From an uncultured bacterium (GTDB taxonomy: Bacteria; UBP14; UBA6098; B30-G16), in the NCBI GenBank assembly GCA_965552135.1, contig CBEVQY010000001.1, positions 105,559 to 169,558 of the forward strand: DNA of 64,000 nucleotides, given 5' to 3'. Both the position numbers and the translations under genes were made by a program. Within the stretch, counting starts at the first letter, position 1. Every line of letters starts with the position of its first letter. Below the pieces are notes generated by a model. It ran no database searches. It was not told the origin of the DNA and worked only from the letters and a program-made list of their open reading frames with translations. Shown here piece after piece: positions 26,931-36,775 of this stretch.

Positions 26931-29360
26931 ATGGCTATGGGAAAGGCATATGGAGACGAAAGCATTCTTCTGCCTGTGATACCCCTTCGGGGCGTTGTCA
27001 TCTTTCCTCACACGGTAACGCCCATCCTCGTAGGTCGCCAGCGCTCCATAAGAGCGGTGGAGTATGCGTCGTCTGCGGACGGGAGGGTATTCCTCGTCGC
27101 CCAGCTCGACCCGCGGGTGGAGGCACCATCCTCGGACGATATGTTCCACGTCGGGACTGTGGCGAAGGTTGTGCAGGTTATGAGGTTTTCGTCGGGGATG
27201 CTTAAGGTCCTCGTTGAGGGCGAGACGAGGGCGCGCGTCGTAAGGTACCATTTCCACAGAGACTTCATCGACGCGCTGGTGGAGCCGTTCGAGCCGTCCA
27301 CGGCGGGCGACGAAGCCGAAATCGAAGCACTCCTGCGCGAAGCAAAAGAGCTTTTCGAAAAGTACATAAGCCTCTCCCAGCACCTGCCCGAGGAGCTTAT
27401 CCGCGTCTTCGACGAAACCGAGGACCCGAACTACACGACCGACGTCATCTGCGCCCAGCTGCAGATAGACTTCCGCGACAAGCAAGGTCTTCTGCAGACT
27501 CGCACCGTCAAGCAAAAGCTTAACATCCTCATACGCATCCTCGCCCGCGAGGTCAAGATACTCGAGTATAAGGAGAAGATCGAGCGCAAGGTCCAGCGGA
27601 TGATGGACGACAGCCAGAAGGAGTATTTCCTCCGCCAGCAGCTTGAGGCTATTCGGGCGGAGCTTGGCGAGGAGGGCACAGGCTACGACGAGGAGCTTAA
27701 GGAGCTTCAGGCAAAGATCGAAGACGCAAAGCTCCCGCAGCGCGTTCGGGAGGTTGTGGAAAAGGAGTTTGTTAAGCTTACTCGCACTCCTCCCACGTCC
27801 CCCGAGGCGGCGGTGATAAGAAACTACATCGACTGGCTCATCGAGCTCCCCTGGCTTGTGGTGACCGAGGACTGCACCGACATAAAGAAAGCCGAGAAGA
27901 TCCTCGACGAGGACCACTACGGTCTTGAGAAGATAAAGGAGCGCATACTTGAGCACATAGCGCTTATGGTTCTCCACGGTCCCTCTGAGGGGCGTCGTCC
28001 TGGCGAGGACTTCGAAGAGTTTTTGAGGCGCTGGGCGATGGAGCCTTACGAAAACGTCCTGTCTCGCCGCCCCCGCGGACCTATCCTCTGCCTTGTGGGA
28101 CCTCCTGGCGTTGGGAAGACCTCCGTTGCCAAGTCGGTTGCCCGCGCGCTTGGGCGCAAGTTCGTCAGGGCTTCGCTGGGCGGTCTGCACGATGAAGCCG
28201 AGATCCGCGGGCACAGAAGAACCTACGTCGGTGCCCTGCCAGGAAAGATCATCCAAGGGCTGCGAAGAGCCGGGACGAGGAACCCCGTCTTCCTGCTCGA
28301 CGAAATCGACAAGATCGGCAAGGATTTTCGCGGTGACCCCGCCGCAGCGCTTATGGAAGTCCTCGACCCTGACCAGAACAACTCCTTCATGGACAACTAC
28401 ATCGAAATCCCCTTCGACCTTTCGCTCGTTATGTTCATCACAACCGCAAACACCATCGAGGGCATCCCGCCGCCCCTTTTGGACCGAATGGAGATTTTGC
28501 GCATACCCGGCTACCTCGAGAACGAAAAGCTTATCATCGGGCGCGACTACCTGCTGCCCAAGCAGCTTAAGCTCAAAGGGCTCGAGAGGTACAAAATCAC
28601 CATCGAGGACGACGCCTTCCTCGAGATCATACGTCACTACACCCGCGAGGCTGGCGTAAGGGAGCTTGAGCGTCAGATTTCAGCTATTTTGCGCAAGATA
28701 GCGGTTCAGATAGCGCGCGACAGACGCCGCAAACGCTTCGTCGTAAGGAGGGAGGACATAAAGGGCTACCTTGGCGTGCCCAAGTATGTTTCTTCGCCCG
28801 TTCCCGAGCGGCTTATTCCCGGCGAGGCGCTTGGGCTTGCGTGGACGCAGGCGGGCGGTGAGCTTTTGCGCGTCGAGGTCCTACTCATCCCCGGAAGCGG
28901 CAAAACCAAATCCACAGGCTCGCTGGGCGATGTGATGAGGGAGTCGGTTGAGGCGGCGATGTCGTTTGTGAGGTCTCGGGCGAAGCAGCTGGGATTCCCA
29001 CCGTCTGAGATGGAGAAGCACGACGTGCACATCCACTTCCCCGAGGGTGCGGTCCCCAAGGATGGTCCGAGCGCAGGTCTTGCCGTCGTCGTCGCGCTGG
29101 CATCGGCGCTTACGGGGAAAAGCGTCCCAAACGATTTAGCTATGACGGGCGAAATCACCCTCACAGGCAGGGTCCTGCCCGTAGGTGGGCTGCCCGAAAA
29201 GCTCCTTGCCGCAAAAAGGTACAAGGTGAGGCGGGTGATAATCCCGAAGGAGAACGAGAAGGACCTCGAGGAGATCAAGAAGGAGGTTTTGGAGGGGCTG
29301 GAGATATTGCCCGTCTCCGCCGTCGATGATGCTTTGGGCATCGTTTTCGGCGGCGCGTAG
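26931..29360 (+). CDS. lon: Lon protease (LonA), copy 1
   Basis: LAN domain, GPPGVGKTS, LLDEIDK, PKDGPSAG catalytic Ser and Lys in EKLLAA; putative promoter TTGACA (26885)/TATCTT (26907). Confidence 0.97.
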   Translation: MAMGKAYGDESILLPVIPLRGVVIFPHTVTPILVGRQRSIRAVEYASSADGRVFLVAQLDPRVEAPSSDDMFHVGTVAKVVQVMRFSSGMLKVLVEGETRARVVRYHFHRDFIDALVEPFEPSTAGDEAEIEALLREAKELFEKYISLSQHLPEELIRVFDETEDPNYTTDVICAQLQIDFRDKQGLLQTRTVKQKLNILIRILAREVKILEYKEKIERKVQRMMDDSQKEYFLRQQLEAIRAELGEEGTGYDEELKELQAKIEDAKLPQRVREVVEKEFVKLTRTPPTSPEAAVIRNYIDWLIELPWLVVTEDCTDIKKAEKILDEDHYGLEKIKERILEHIALMVLHGPSEGRRPGEDFEEFLRRWAMEPYENVLSRRPRGPILCLVGPPGVGKTSVAKSVARALGRKFVRASLGGLHDEAEIRGHRRTYVGALPGKIIQGLRRAGTRNPVFLLDEIDKIGKDFRGDPAAALMEVLDPDQNNSFMDNYIEIPFDLSLVMFITTANTIEGIPPPLLDRMEILRIPGYLENEKLIIGRDYLLPKQLKLKGLERYKITIEDDAFLEIIRHYTREAGVRELERQISAILRKIAVQIARDRRRKRFVVRREDIKGYLGVPKYVSSPVPERLIPGEALGLAWTQAGGELLRVEVLLIPGSGKTKSTGSLGDVMRESVEAAMSFVRSRAKQLGFPPSEMEKHDVHIHFPEGAVPKDGPSAGLAVVVALASALTGKSVPNDLAMTGEITLTGRVLPVGGLPEKLLAAKRYKVRRVIIPKENEKDLEEIKKEVLEGLEILPVSAVDDALGIVFGGA

Positions 29361-29438
29361 CCGTTGCGGAAATTTGGTGTTGACGACGCCCCGAGGCGTT
29401 AGTAAGTTTGGCAAAACCGCAAAGCCAAGGGGCGGAGA

Positions 29439-30368
29439 ATGTCCTTCCGCCACAAAAGCCTTCTGGGTTTAAGGGAGCTTTCCGCGGAGGAGATAACCTT
29501 CCTTCTGGACGAGGCGAAGGCATTTCGCAAGATCCTCGAGCGAGAACTCAAAAAGGTCCCAACGCTTAGGTGGCTTACGGTGGTAAACCTCTTCTACGAG
29601 CCCTCCACGCGCACGAGGATATCGTTCGAGCTTGCGGAGAAAAGGCTTTCTGCCGACGTGGTCAACTTTTCGAAGGCTGTCTCGAGCGTTCAGAAGGGCG
29701 AGAGTTTGCGCGATACGGTGCAAAACATCTTGGCGATGAAGGTCGATATGGTCGTTATGCGCCACTCGAGCGTTGGCGCGCCGCACTACATCGCGAGGGC
29801 AACGGGCGTTCCCGTCATAAACGCGGGCGACGGAACAAACGAACACCCAACGCAGGCACTGCTTGATCTCTACACAATCCGCGAGAAGTTCGGCTACTTC
29901 CGCGGGCTCAGGGTCGTGATCCTGGGCGATATCAGGCACTCCCGCGTTGCCCGCAGCAACATCTGGGGCCTGAAGAAACTTGGCGCCTCGGTGGCGATAT
30001 GTGGTCCAAAAACGCTTCTGCCGCCACACCCCGAGGTCCTCGGCGTGGAGGTCTACACCGACGTGGAGAAGGCTTTAGCGGGCGCAAACGTCGTAAACGT
30101 CCTCAGGCTTCAGCTCGAGCGCCAGAAGGCGGGATACATTCCGTCGCTGCGCGAGTACAGGATGTTCTGGGGGCTTACCGCGAAGCGGGTGAAGCTGCTC
30201 GACCCCGACCACATCATAATGCACCCGGGTCCCCTTAACCGCGGCGTCGAGATCGACCCCGACGTCGCCGACTCGGAAGACTCCGTCATCCTCGAGCAGG
30301 TCACAAACGGCGTCGCGGTGCGGATGGCTGTGCTCTACACGCTCGCGGGGATGATATCGAGAAGGTGA
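29439..30368 (+). CDS. pyrB: Aspartate carbamoyltransferase catalytic subunit
   Basis: FYEPSTRTRISF, HPTQALLD, RLQLER and HPGPLNRG; promoter-like TTGACG (29380), 17 bp, TAAGTT (29403). Confidence 0.97.
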   Translation: MSFRHKSLLGLRELSAEEITFLLDEAKAFRKILERELKKVPTLRWLTVVNLFYEPSTRTRISFELAEKRLSADVVNFSKAVSSVQKGESLRDTVQNILAMKVDMVVMRHSSVGAPHYIARATGVPVINAGDGTNEHPTQALLDLYTIREKFGYFRGLRVVILGDIRHSRVARSNIWGLKKLGASVAICGPKTLLPPHPEVLGVEVYTDVEKALAGANVVNVLRLQLERQKAGYIPSLREYRMFWGLTAKRVKLLDPDHIIMHPGPLNRGVEIDPDVADSEDSVILEQVTNGVAVRMAVLYTLAGMISRR

Positions 30369-30558
30369 GACACCCCATCGATGCTGCGCGCAGGCGCCTT
30401 CGGGCTTCCGGGCAAATCCTCACAGGCGTTTATCGAGAAGCCCAGGCTGCATGTGCAGTGGCGCTAAGATGATCAGCCGCACGGGCGCCAAAGCCGTGAC
30501 GGGGGCGTTGTCCGCCGACGCCTCAGCAGGGTGGAGCTTGGCAGCAGTGCTTCGTCCC

Positions 30559-30688
30559 GCGGGCATTTTTGCGACAGCGCCCCGTCTTGCAGACATCCCT
30601 GCGTTAGCCCTCTGCTTTGCGGATATACCTGCGACGGTTCGTTTCACGGACATCGCTGCGGCGCCGCCTTTCTGCAGACGTCCGCGCC
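30559..30688. repeat. Degenerate ~27-30 bp tandem repeat (about 4.5 copies) between convergent pyrB and fabH
   Basis: Units start at 30559 GCGGGCATTTTTGCG, 30589 GCAGACATCCCTGCG, 30619 GCGGATATACCTGCG, 30646 ACGGACATCGCTGCG and 30674 GCAGACGTCCGCG. Confidence 0.6.
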
Positions 30689-30723
30689 CCCGATGGACGG
30701 CTACGGGCGCCTGATGCGGAAGC

Positions 30724-31701
30724 TCACCACCTCATCACAACGCTTCCCCACGTGAATCCCGCCCCGAAGGCGACCATGAGGACGTTGTCACCGGGCTTTA
30801 TCCTCCCGTCGCGAACGGCTTCGTCGAGCGATATGGGTATGGACGCCGCCGAGGTGTTGCCGTACTTGTCGATGGTCACAACAACGCGCTCCATAGGCAG
30901 CTTAAGCCTGCGGGCGAGGAAGTCTATGATCCTTATGTTTGCCTGATGCGGCACGAGCCAGTCGAGCTCATCGAGGCTTAAGCCCGCAAGCTCCAAGCCC
31001 TTAAGCGCCGCCTCCTCCATCGACCTTACGGCGTGCTTGAACACCTCGTTGCCCAGCATGACGACGGTGTGGAGGTTTTTCTCCACCGTCTCCTTCGACG
31101 CGGGCATTGCTGATCCGCCGGCGGGCTGGTACAAAAGCTCCTTGAGGGAGCCGTCCGATGCGGCGTATGTTGCCATAATGCCCGCGTTATCGTTCGACGG
31201 TCCCATGATGACGGCGCCGGCGCCGTCGCCGAAGAGGACGCAGGTGCTGCGGTCGGTCCAGTTCGTTATCTTCGTCAGCTCCTCAACGCCAACGACGAGA
31301 ACGTACTTCGCAGCACCGGACCTTATGAACTTGTCCGCCTGGATCACGCCGTAGATAAAGCCCGTGCAGCCCGCCGAAAGGTCGTATGCCATCACCTTCC
31401 TTGCGCCTAATTTGTGCTGCAGGAGGCACGCCGTCGAGGGGAACATGTGATCGGGGGTGACGGTCGCAACAAGGATGAGGTCGAGCTTTTGGGGAGGTAT
31501 TTGAGCCATCTCGAGGGCTTTTTGGGCTGCCTTAAGCGCAAGCTCTGATGAGGGCACATCGGCTTCGGAGACGCGCCGCTCCTTTATCCCCGTGCGCGTC
31601 GTTATCCACTCGTCGGAGGTGTCAACTATCTTTTCGAGGTCAGCGTTTGTAAGCACCTTCTCCGGCACATACGACCCTGTGCCCAGTATCTTTGACGTCA
31701 T
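30724..31701 (-). CDS. fabH: Beta-ketoacyl-ACP synthase III
   Basis: DTSDEWITTRTGI, AGCTGF (Cys), PHQANIRI and YGNTSAASIP. Confidence 0.97.
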   Translation of the reverse strand: MTSKILGTGSYVPEKVLTNADLEKIVDTSDEWITTRTGIKERRVSEADVPSSELALKAAQKALEMAQIPPQKLDLILVATVTPDHMFPSTACLLQHKLGARKVMAYDLSAGCTGFIYGVIQADKFIRSGAAKYVLVVGVEELTKITNWTDRSTCVLFGDGAGAVIMGPSNDNAGIMATYAASDGSLKELLYQPAGGSAMPASKETVEKNLHTVVMLGNEVFKHAVRSMEEAALKGLELAGLSLDELDWLVPHQANIRIIDFLARRLKLPMERVVVTIDKYGNTSAASIPISLDEAVRDGRIKPGDNVLMVAFGAGFTWGSVVMRW

Positions 31702-32722
31702 TGTCGAGTCCCTCCAGCTTTTCCGTGGCGCGGAGCATGGCTTCGGGCAGGTTCGCCAAAGCCATCTGCTGGGCAAGCAAAACGGCGTTTGCAATAGCCT
31801 TCGCCGAGCTTATGCCGTGACCCACAACCACGTTTCCCCTCACTCCCAGAAGCGGGGCGCCGCCGTATTCGGCGTAGTTGAAGTCGCGCAGCGTGCGACG
31901 AAGCGACGGATAAAGCAAAACGCCGCCCAAAAGCGAAAGAAACGAAATCCTCCTGCCCTTCTTGAAAAGGGTTTTCACAAGGGCGTAGATGCTTTCGGTG
32001 TACTTGAGGAGGATGTTCCCCAAAAACCCGTCGCAGACGATGACGTCGACGCTGCCTGCGAGGATGTCTCGCCCCTCTATGTTCCCGACGAAGTTTATCC
32101 CGAGCCTTTCTGCGTTCTGCGAAAGCATTTTGTGTGCGGCTTTGACGGCGGCGTTGCCCTTTGTGGATTCCTCGCCTATCGACAAAAGCGCCACGCGCGG
32201 CTTCGGGCGCTCCATGATGCACTCGGCGTAGACCGAGCCCAGGACGGCGAACTGAAGGAGGTGCTCTGGCTTGCAGTCGACGTTGGCGCCCACGTCGAGT
32301 ATGGCGGTGGGGCGACCCGCCATCGTCGGGAAGATCGCCAAAATCGGCGTTCGCCTGATGTTCGGAAGCGTTCCGAGGCGCAGATACGCCGCGGCGGATA
32401 TCGCCCCCGTGTTGCCAACGCTCACGAAGGCATCGACCTCGCCACGCCGCAAAAGCTCAAGTCCCTGAACTATGGAGGTGCTTTCGTCCCGGGCGGCGCG
32501 CAGGGGATCGTCGTCCATGGAGACAACGCCCCAGGCGTTGTGGATCTTTATCTCCTTCGGTCTGAATCTTTTTTTTCGCAGGATGGCTTTGATCTGCTCT
32601 TCGCGTCCGACGAGGACGACCTCGAGCCCCTCCTGCGCCGACACGGCGGCAATGGCGGCGTCGACGTTGACCTTCATACCTCTGTCGCCGCCCGCAGCGT
32701 CGAGGGCAACGCGCACAGGCAC
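31640..32722 (-). CDS. plsX: Phosphate acyltransferase PlsX
   Basis: VALDAAGGD, SVGNTGA, LDVGANVD, IGEESTKGN, VCDGFLGNI and YGGAPLLG; start 32722 (GTG) or 32761 (TTG); 62-nt 3' overlap with fabH. Confidence 0.95.
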   Translation of the reverse strand: MPVRVALDAAGGDRGMKVNVDAAIAAVSAQEGLEVVLVGREEQIKAILRKKRFRPKEIKIHNAWGVVSMDDDPLRAARDESTSIVQGLELLRRGEVDAFVSVGNTGAISAAAYLRLGTLPNIRRTPILAIFPTMAGRPTAILDVGANVDCKPEHLLQFAVLGSVYAECIMERPKPRVALLSIGEESTKGNAAVKAAHKMLSQNAERLGINFVGNIEGRDILAGSVDVIVCDGFLGNILLKYTESIYALVKTLFKKGRRISFLSLLGGVLLYPSLRRTLRDFNYAEYGGAPLLGVRGNVVVGHGISSAKAIANAVLLAQQMALANLPEAMLRATEKLEGLDNDVKDTGHRVVCAGEGAYKR

Positions 32723-32793
32723 CGAACGACGCTCAAGCTCCCGGCGCCAACGACGAGCCAACCGAGATGTGTAGTACCTTATCCTGCCCGTCG

Positions 32794-32988
32794 CTACTTC
32801 TCCTTCTTCCTACCCTTCGCCGCAACCACAGGCAAGCCGTTGTAGTAACCGCAGTGCGGACAAACCCTGTGTGGAACCATAGGCTCCCCGCAGTGGGGAC
32901 ACTCAACGGTCACCACCGGTTCAAGCTTCCAGTGCGTTCTGCGCTTGCGCGTCCTTGTGTTCGAGTGTCGTCGCTTCGGCAGCGCCAT
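32794..32988 (-). CDS. rpmF: 50S ribosomal protein L32 (Zn-binding form)
   Basis: MALPKRRHSNTRTRKRR, CPHCG...PHRVCPHCGYY. Confidence 0.97.
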   Translation of the reverse strand: MALPKRRHSNTRTRKRRTHWKLEPVVTVECPHCGEPMVPHRVCPHCGYYNGLPVVAAKGRKKEK

Positions 32989-33005
32989 GGCAAGCCTCTC
33001 CTTGA

Positions 33006-33686
33006 TTATTTTCGTAAAGCTGAGGGTGGCTCGAAGGCGTACGAAATGAGGACGGACACCACCCCGCCCTCAAGGTCCTCCGATCTCACAAGCCCAACGC
33101 CGGGCGCAAGCCAGCTGTAGCCGTGAATCGACTCGGTGTAGCTGAATATATCTGTACCGCCAACGCTTTGGACAAGTTCTAATTCTCCTGTCAGCTCCAG
33201 CTTCACGCAATCCGAAAAATCGCCGGCGGGAGTAGACACCGCCTCCAGCGCCACGGCAGAGCCGGTCATCTCCATGCTCATCCTGTTGGTTACGCCCCCT
33301 TCCTCCCACGTGGAGTCGTAGGAGATTATGGTCCAGGTGGCGCCGATATTGAAGCTTGTGGGCAGCATCTTGAAGCTCATAGGGTCCTTGATCTCGTACA
33401 CTCCGTCTTCGCGGATTTGGATGTATACGGTTTCTGTGTCCTCGAGAGCGATGTAGGTTTCGTAGCCGTCCATAAGAGTGTCGGCTATTATCACGTTGAC
33501 CGACGTGTCGACGCCCTCTGAGGACGAATCGACGTAGGTCCACTGCCAGCCCACCTCAACAGGGAAGTAATCCGACGCCAGCAAAGTCTCGACCTGGGGA
33601 CCTTCGCCGCCTGTGCCCTCGTCGTTGCTGCAGCCCAAAAGCAAAAGCCCCGCCATAAGCCAGAGTGTGATGACGACGTATTTCAC
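33006..33686 (-). CDS. Acidic lipoprotein (beta-rich, TapB/DUF3108-like motifs)
   Basis: Lipobox LLGC; DYFPVEVGWQWTY, VSTPAGDFSDC and WLAPGVGLVR motifs; SD AGGAG upstream of the GTG at 33686. Confidence 0.78.
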   Translation of the reverse strand: MKYVVITLWLMAGLLLLGCSNDEGTGGEGPQVETLLASDYFPVEVGWQWTYVDSSSEGVDTSVNVIIADTLMDGYETYIALEDTETVYIQIREDGVYEIKDPMSFKMLPTSFNIGATWTIISYDSTWEEGGVTNRMSMEMTGSAVALEAVSTPAGDFSDCVKLELTGELELVQSVGGTDIFSYTESIHGYSWLAPGVGLVRSEDLEGGVVSVLISYAFEPPSALRK

Positions 33687-33706
33687 CGTTCTTGCTCCTT
33701 TTTGGT

Positions 33707-34234
33707 TCAACGTTTCTTCAAAAGCGCTTTTAGCTTTTCCCACCTTGGGTCGATGTTCGTCTGGGGCGTGTGTCCACAGTCGACCTCGTTCAGGTTTGCC
33801 CCACAGACGGGACAAAGCCCTTTGCAGTTGGGCGAGCATAGGGGCTGGGTTGGGATGCCCAGTATAACTGCGTCGTGGATTCGCGGCGAGAGGATGAGTC
33901 TGCCCGCCGTCTGGTCGACCGAGACGACGTCTTCGTCCCAAAGCTCGACCACAAGCGGCGCCCCCGCCCTGAGCCTCACGGAAAACGCCACAGGCTCGCG
34001 GAGAGCATATGTAAACGTCTTGAGGCAGCGGGAGCAGGTCAGGGTTACCTCCGTCGTCACCCAGCCTGTGCAGCTTATCTCAAGCCCCCTGCGCATGCAG
34101 ACAAGGTGGAGCACAACGTCGTCGTCGAAGTTTGCGCCGGGGTACGAAAGCTCAAGCTGCCTTGGGTTCCACACAAAGCGGTGCTCGCTTTCGCCCTGCT
34201 CCAAAAGCGCTATGTCGAAAAATGCGTCGGTCAT
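33707..34234 (-). CDS. yceD: YceD/DUF177 family protein
   Basis: CSRCL, LCSPNCKGLCPVCGANLN and IDPRWEKLK. Confidence 0.93.
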   Translation of the reverse strand: MTDAFFDIALLEQGESEHRFVWNPRQLELSYPGANFDDDVVLHLVCMRRGLEISCTGWVTTEVTLTCSRCLKTFTYALREPVAFSVRLRAGAPLVVELWDEDVVSVDQTAGRLILSPRIHDAVILGIPTQPLCSPNCKGLCPVCGANLNEVDCGHTPQTNIDPRWEKLKALLKKR

Positions 34235-34686
34235 TTCCTCCTTCCCCTGCGCCGAGCCTGTCCTGCCGAACGAAGCTTCTCGTCCTGTTCCAGAAGCTGC
34301 GCGAGGGTAGTTCCCCTGAGGAACGAATCGATCCTCTCCTGCAACATCTGCCAGAAGAGCCTTGTCACGCACTCGCCTGCGCGTCTGCAGCTTGCCCTGC
34401 CGTCGGCAAGACACCTCAAAAGCTTGCACCTGTCCTCCAGGGCGCAGTAAACGTCCCAAAGGGTTATCTCCTCCGGCGACTTCGCCAGGCAGTAGCCACC
34501 GCCCGGACCCTTGAAGCTTTTCACGATCTTTTTGCGCCTAAGCCGCGCCAAAATTTGCTCAAGATACGACGGCGAAATCCTCTGACGCGAAGCGATCCAA
34601 TGTATAGACACAGGCGACGAACACCCCATCCTCGCAAGCTCCACAAGCGCCCTCGTCCCATATCTAAACCTTGTCGAAAGCCTCAT
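34231..34686 (-). CDS. Rrf2-family transcriptional regulator
   Basis: MRLSTRFRYGTRALVELA, ISPSYLEQI, GPGGGY and three downstream Cys. Confidence 0.93.
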   Translation of the reverse strand: MRLSTRFRYGTRALVELARMGCSSPVSIHWIASRQRISPSYLEQILARLRRKKIVKSFKGPGGGYCLAKSPEEITLWDVYCALEDRCKLLRCLADGRASCRRAGECVTRLFWQMLQERIDSFLRGTTLAQLLEQDEKLRSAGQARRRGRRK

Positions 34687-34775
34687 ACGCCCCCCCAGCC
34701 AAGAGGTTTAAAAATAAATCCCATCCCCCTGTGCGCAAGTTACTTTTGGTCTGTGGTTGCCGCGTCCATCGAGGT

Positions 34776-35522
34776 TTAGCTTACGCTCGCAAGTATCTCG
34801 TCGGGAACGTCCATGTTCGAGTGGACGCGCTGGACGTCGTCGTGCTCCTCGAGCGCAGAAAGGAGCTTCAGAAGCCTTTCCGCATCCTTCCCCTCGACCC
34901 TCACGGTGCTTTGGGGCAGCGCAGAGATCTGGGCAGACTCCACGGTGAAGCCAGCCGCCTCAAGCGCCTCGCGCACCGAGTACAGATCCCCCACGGCGGT
35001 GTAGACCTCGTAGTAGTCCCCCTCCTGCTTGATGTCGTCGGCTCCTGCCTCGAGGGCAACCTCCATCAGCTTGTCCTCATCCGTTCCCTCCACGGGGATG
35101 TAGATGAGCCCCGATTTCCTAAACATCCACGAGACGCAGCCGGTCTCGCCAAGGTTCCCGCCGTATTTGGAGAATATGTGCCTTATTTCGGCGACGGTTC
35201 TGTTTTTGTTGTCGGTCATGGCTTCGACCATAATGGCGACGCCGCCGGGACCGTATCCCTCGTAGACGACCTCCTCATATGCCACGCCGGGCAGTTCGCC
35301 CGTGCCCTTTTTTATGGCGCGTTCGATGTTTTCCGCGGGCATGTTTGCGGCTTTTGCGGCGGCGATGGCGTTTCGGAGCCTCGGGTTCGCGTTGGGATCA
35401 CCGCCGCCCAGACGCGCCGCAACCGTTATCTCACGTATAAGCCGCGTAAAAAGCCTCCCGCGCTTGGCGTCCATGGCGGCTTTTTTGTGCCTTATCTGCG
35501 CCCACTTCGAATGTCCGCTCAT
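34776..35522 (-). CDS. YebC/PmpR family protein
   Basis: [22 protein letters not shown] and [13 protein letters not shown]. Confidence 0.96.
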   Translation of the reverse strand: MSGHSKWAQIRHKKAAMDAKRGRLFTRLIREITVAARLGGGDPNANPRLRNAIAAAKAANMPAENIERAIKKGTGELPGVAYEEVVYEGYGPGGVAIMVEAMTDNKNRTVAEIRHIFSKYGGNLGETGCVSWMFRKSGLIYIPVEGTDEDKLMEVALEAGADDIKQEGDYYEVYTAVGDLYSVREALEAAGFTVESAQISALPQSTVRVEGKDAERLLKLLSALEEHDDVQRVHSNMDVPDEILASVS

Positions 35523-35607
35523 AAACACCTCCCACCTGCTGACTTTATTTCATTTTATCGGTTTTGGCGGCGCAGCGCAAGGCATAAAACCGCAAGGCTG
35601 GCGCAGA

Positions 35608-36018
35608 TCAACCGCCACCCTCAACGCCGAGGATCCTTGCGGCGAGGTGGGCAGCGTTTTTGGCTCCTGCAACGCCTATGCCCATAGTCGCGACGGGGAC
35701 GCCCGAGGGCATCTGCGCCATCGAAAGAAGCGCGTCGACCCCGCGCAGAGGACCAACCTCGGCGGGAACGCCTATCACGGGAAGCTTCGTCCGGGATGCT
35801 ATGACCCCCGGCAGGGCTGCAGAAAGCCCCGCTATCGCTATCACAACCGAAAACTCCTCCTCCGCCCTGCGGCAGAACTCATCGAGGCGGTCGGGCGTCC
35901 TGTGAGCCGATATGACGAACCTCTCAAACGGGATGCCAAGCTCTTTGAGCACGTCGGCGACGACAGAGCCGAGCATCTCATCGCTCTTGCTGCCCTGAAC
36001 GATCGCAACCTTGGGCAT
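35608..36018 (-). CDS. purE: N5-CAIR mutase / AIR carboxylase PurE (short form)
   Basis: GSKSD, SAHRTPD, AGLSAALPGV, LPVIGVP and QMPSGVPVAT. Confidence 0.93.
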   Translation of the reverse strand: MPKVAIVQGSKSDEMLGSVVADVLKELGIPFERFVISAHRTPDRLDEFCRRAEEEFSVVIAIAGLSAALPGVIASRTKLPVIGVPAEVGPLRGVDALLSMAQMPSGVPVATMGIGVAGAKNAAHLAARILGVEGGG

Positions 36019-36028
36019 AGCTGCCTCC

Positions 36029-36775
36029 TCAGATGTACTCCTTCACGATCAGGGCTGCCGCCACCAGCAAAAGCACCACGCCGAAGACGATCTTCACCGC
36101 CCGGGGCTTCATTTTGTGCGCCATAATCCTTGAGCCGCTCTGGCTTCCCGCAAGCACGGCGGCTGCACATGCCGTCCAGAGCGTCCAGTTCGGCTTTGCG
36201 GCGGTGGCTATGTGGGATACGAAACTCGACGTCCCCGAGCAGGTTACCACAAACGCCGATGTCGCCGCAGCAGCTTTGGGATCAAGCCCCGCTATGTAGA
36301 GCAACGGAACGACGAAGCTTCCGCCACCCCTCCCTATGAGTCCTGCGAAGAATCCCAGGACGGCTCCGCCCGAAAGTCCGAGCGCGGTCCGCTTTGCAGG
36401 AGAAAGCCCAGAGGCTTTCGGTCGCCAGCCCGAAAGCATAAGAAGCGCGGCGGTAGCCGTAAAGAGCGCGAATATGACGATGATGGGTCTTGTGGGGAGC
36501 TTCACGTTCACCCACGTCCCCAGCGGTGGGAAGACGACCATGCTCGCGCCGAAGGGGAGGGCAACTCGCCAGTCTATCTTCCCCGCGCGCCAGTAAGTGA
36601 ACGCGGCGGAGGAACTGTTTACAACGTTGAGCAGCATGCCAAGCGGTATAGCCTGCGTTTTGAAGTCAAGCCCCACCCAGTAGAGTATCGGGATGTAAAG
36701 CTGCGAGCCGCCCATACCTAGCATCGAGAAAACGAAGGCTATGGCGAAAAAGCCCAGTGGAACAGCCCAGGTCAT
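36029..36775 (-). CDS. TauE/SafE-family membrane transporter
   Basis: SMLGMGGS..IP and GLIGRGGGSFVVPLL duplicated motifs; about 8 TM helices. Confidence 0.9.
   Translation of the reverse strand: MTWAVPLGFFAIAFVFSMLGMGGSQLYIPILYWVGLDFKTQAIPLGMLLNVVNSSSAAFTYWRAGKIDWRVALPFGASMVVFPPLGTWVNVKLPTRPIIVIFALFTATAALLMLSGWRPKASGLSPAKRTALGLSGGAVLGFFAGLIGRGGGSFVVPLLYIAGLDPKAAAATSAFVVTCSGTSSFVSHIATAAKPNWTLWTACAAAVLAGSQSGSRIMAHKMKPRAVKIVFGVVLLLVAAALIVKEYI

Noticed and set aside
26586..28637. 683-aa minus-strand ORF and similar long antisense ORFs (e.g. 22764-24305, 31592-32845)
   Set aside because: They are antisense shadows of lon, mfd and plsX, expected with GC-rich codon bias; no recognisable motifs.
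30369..30723. tmRNA or RNase P RNA in the pyrB-fabH gap
   Set aside because: The size fits, but I found no tRNA-like ends or T loop and no GAGGAAAGTCC-type motif on either strand.
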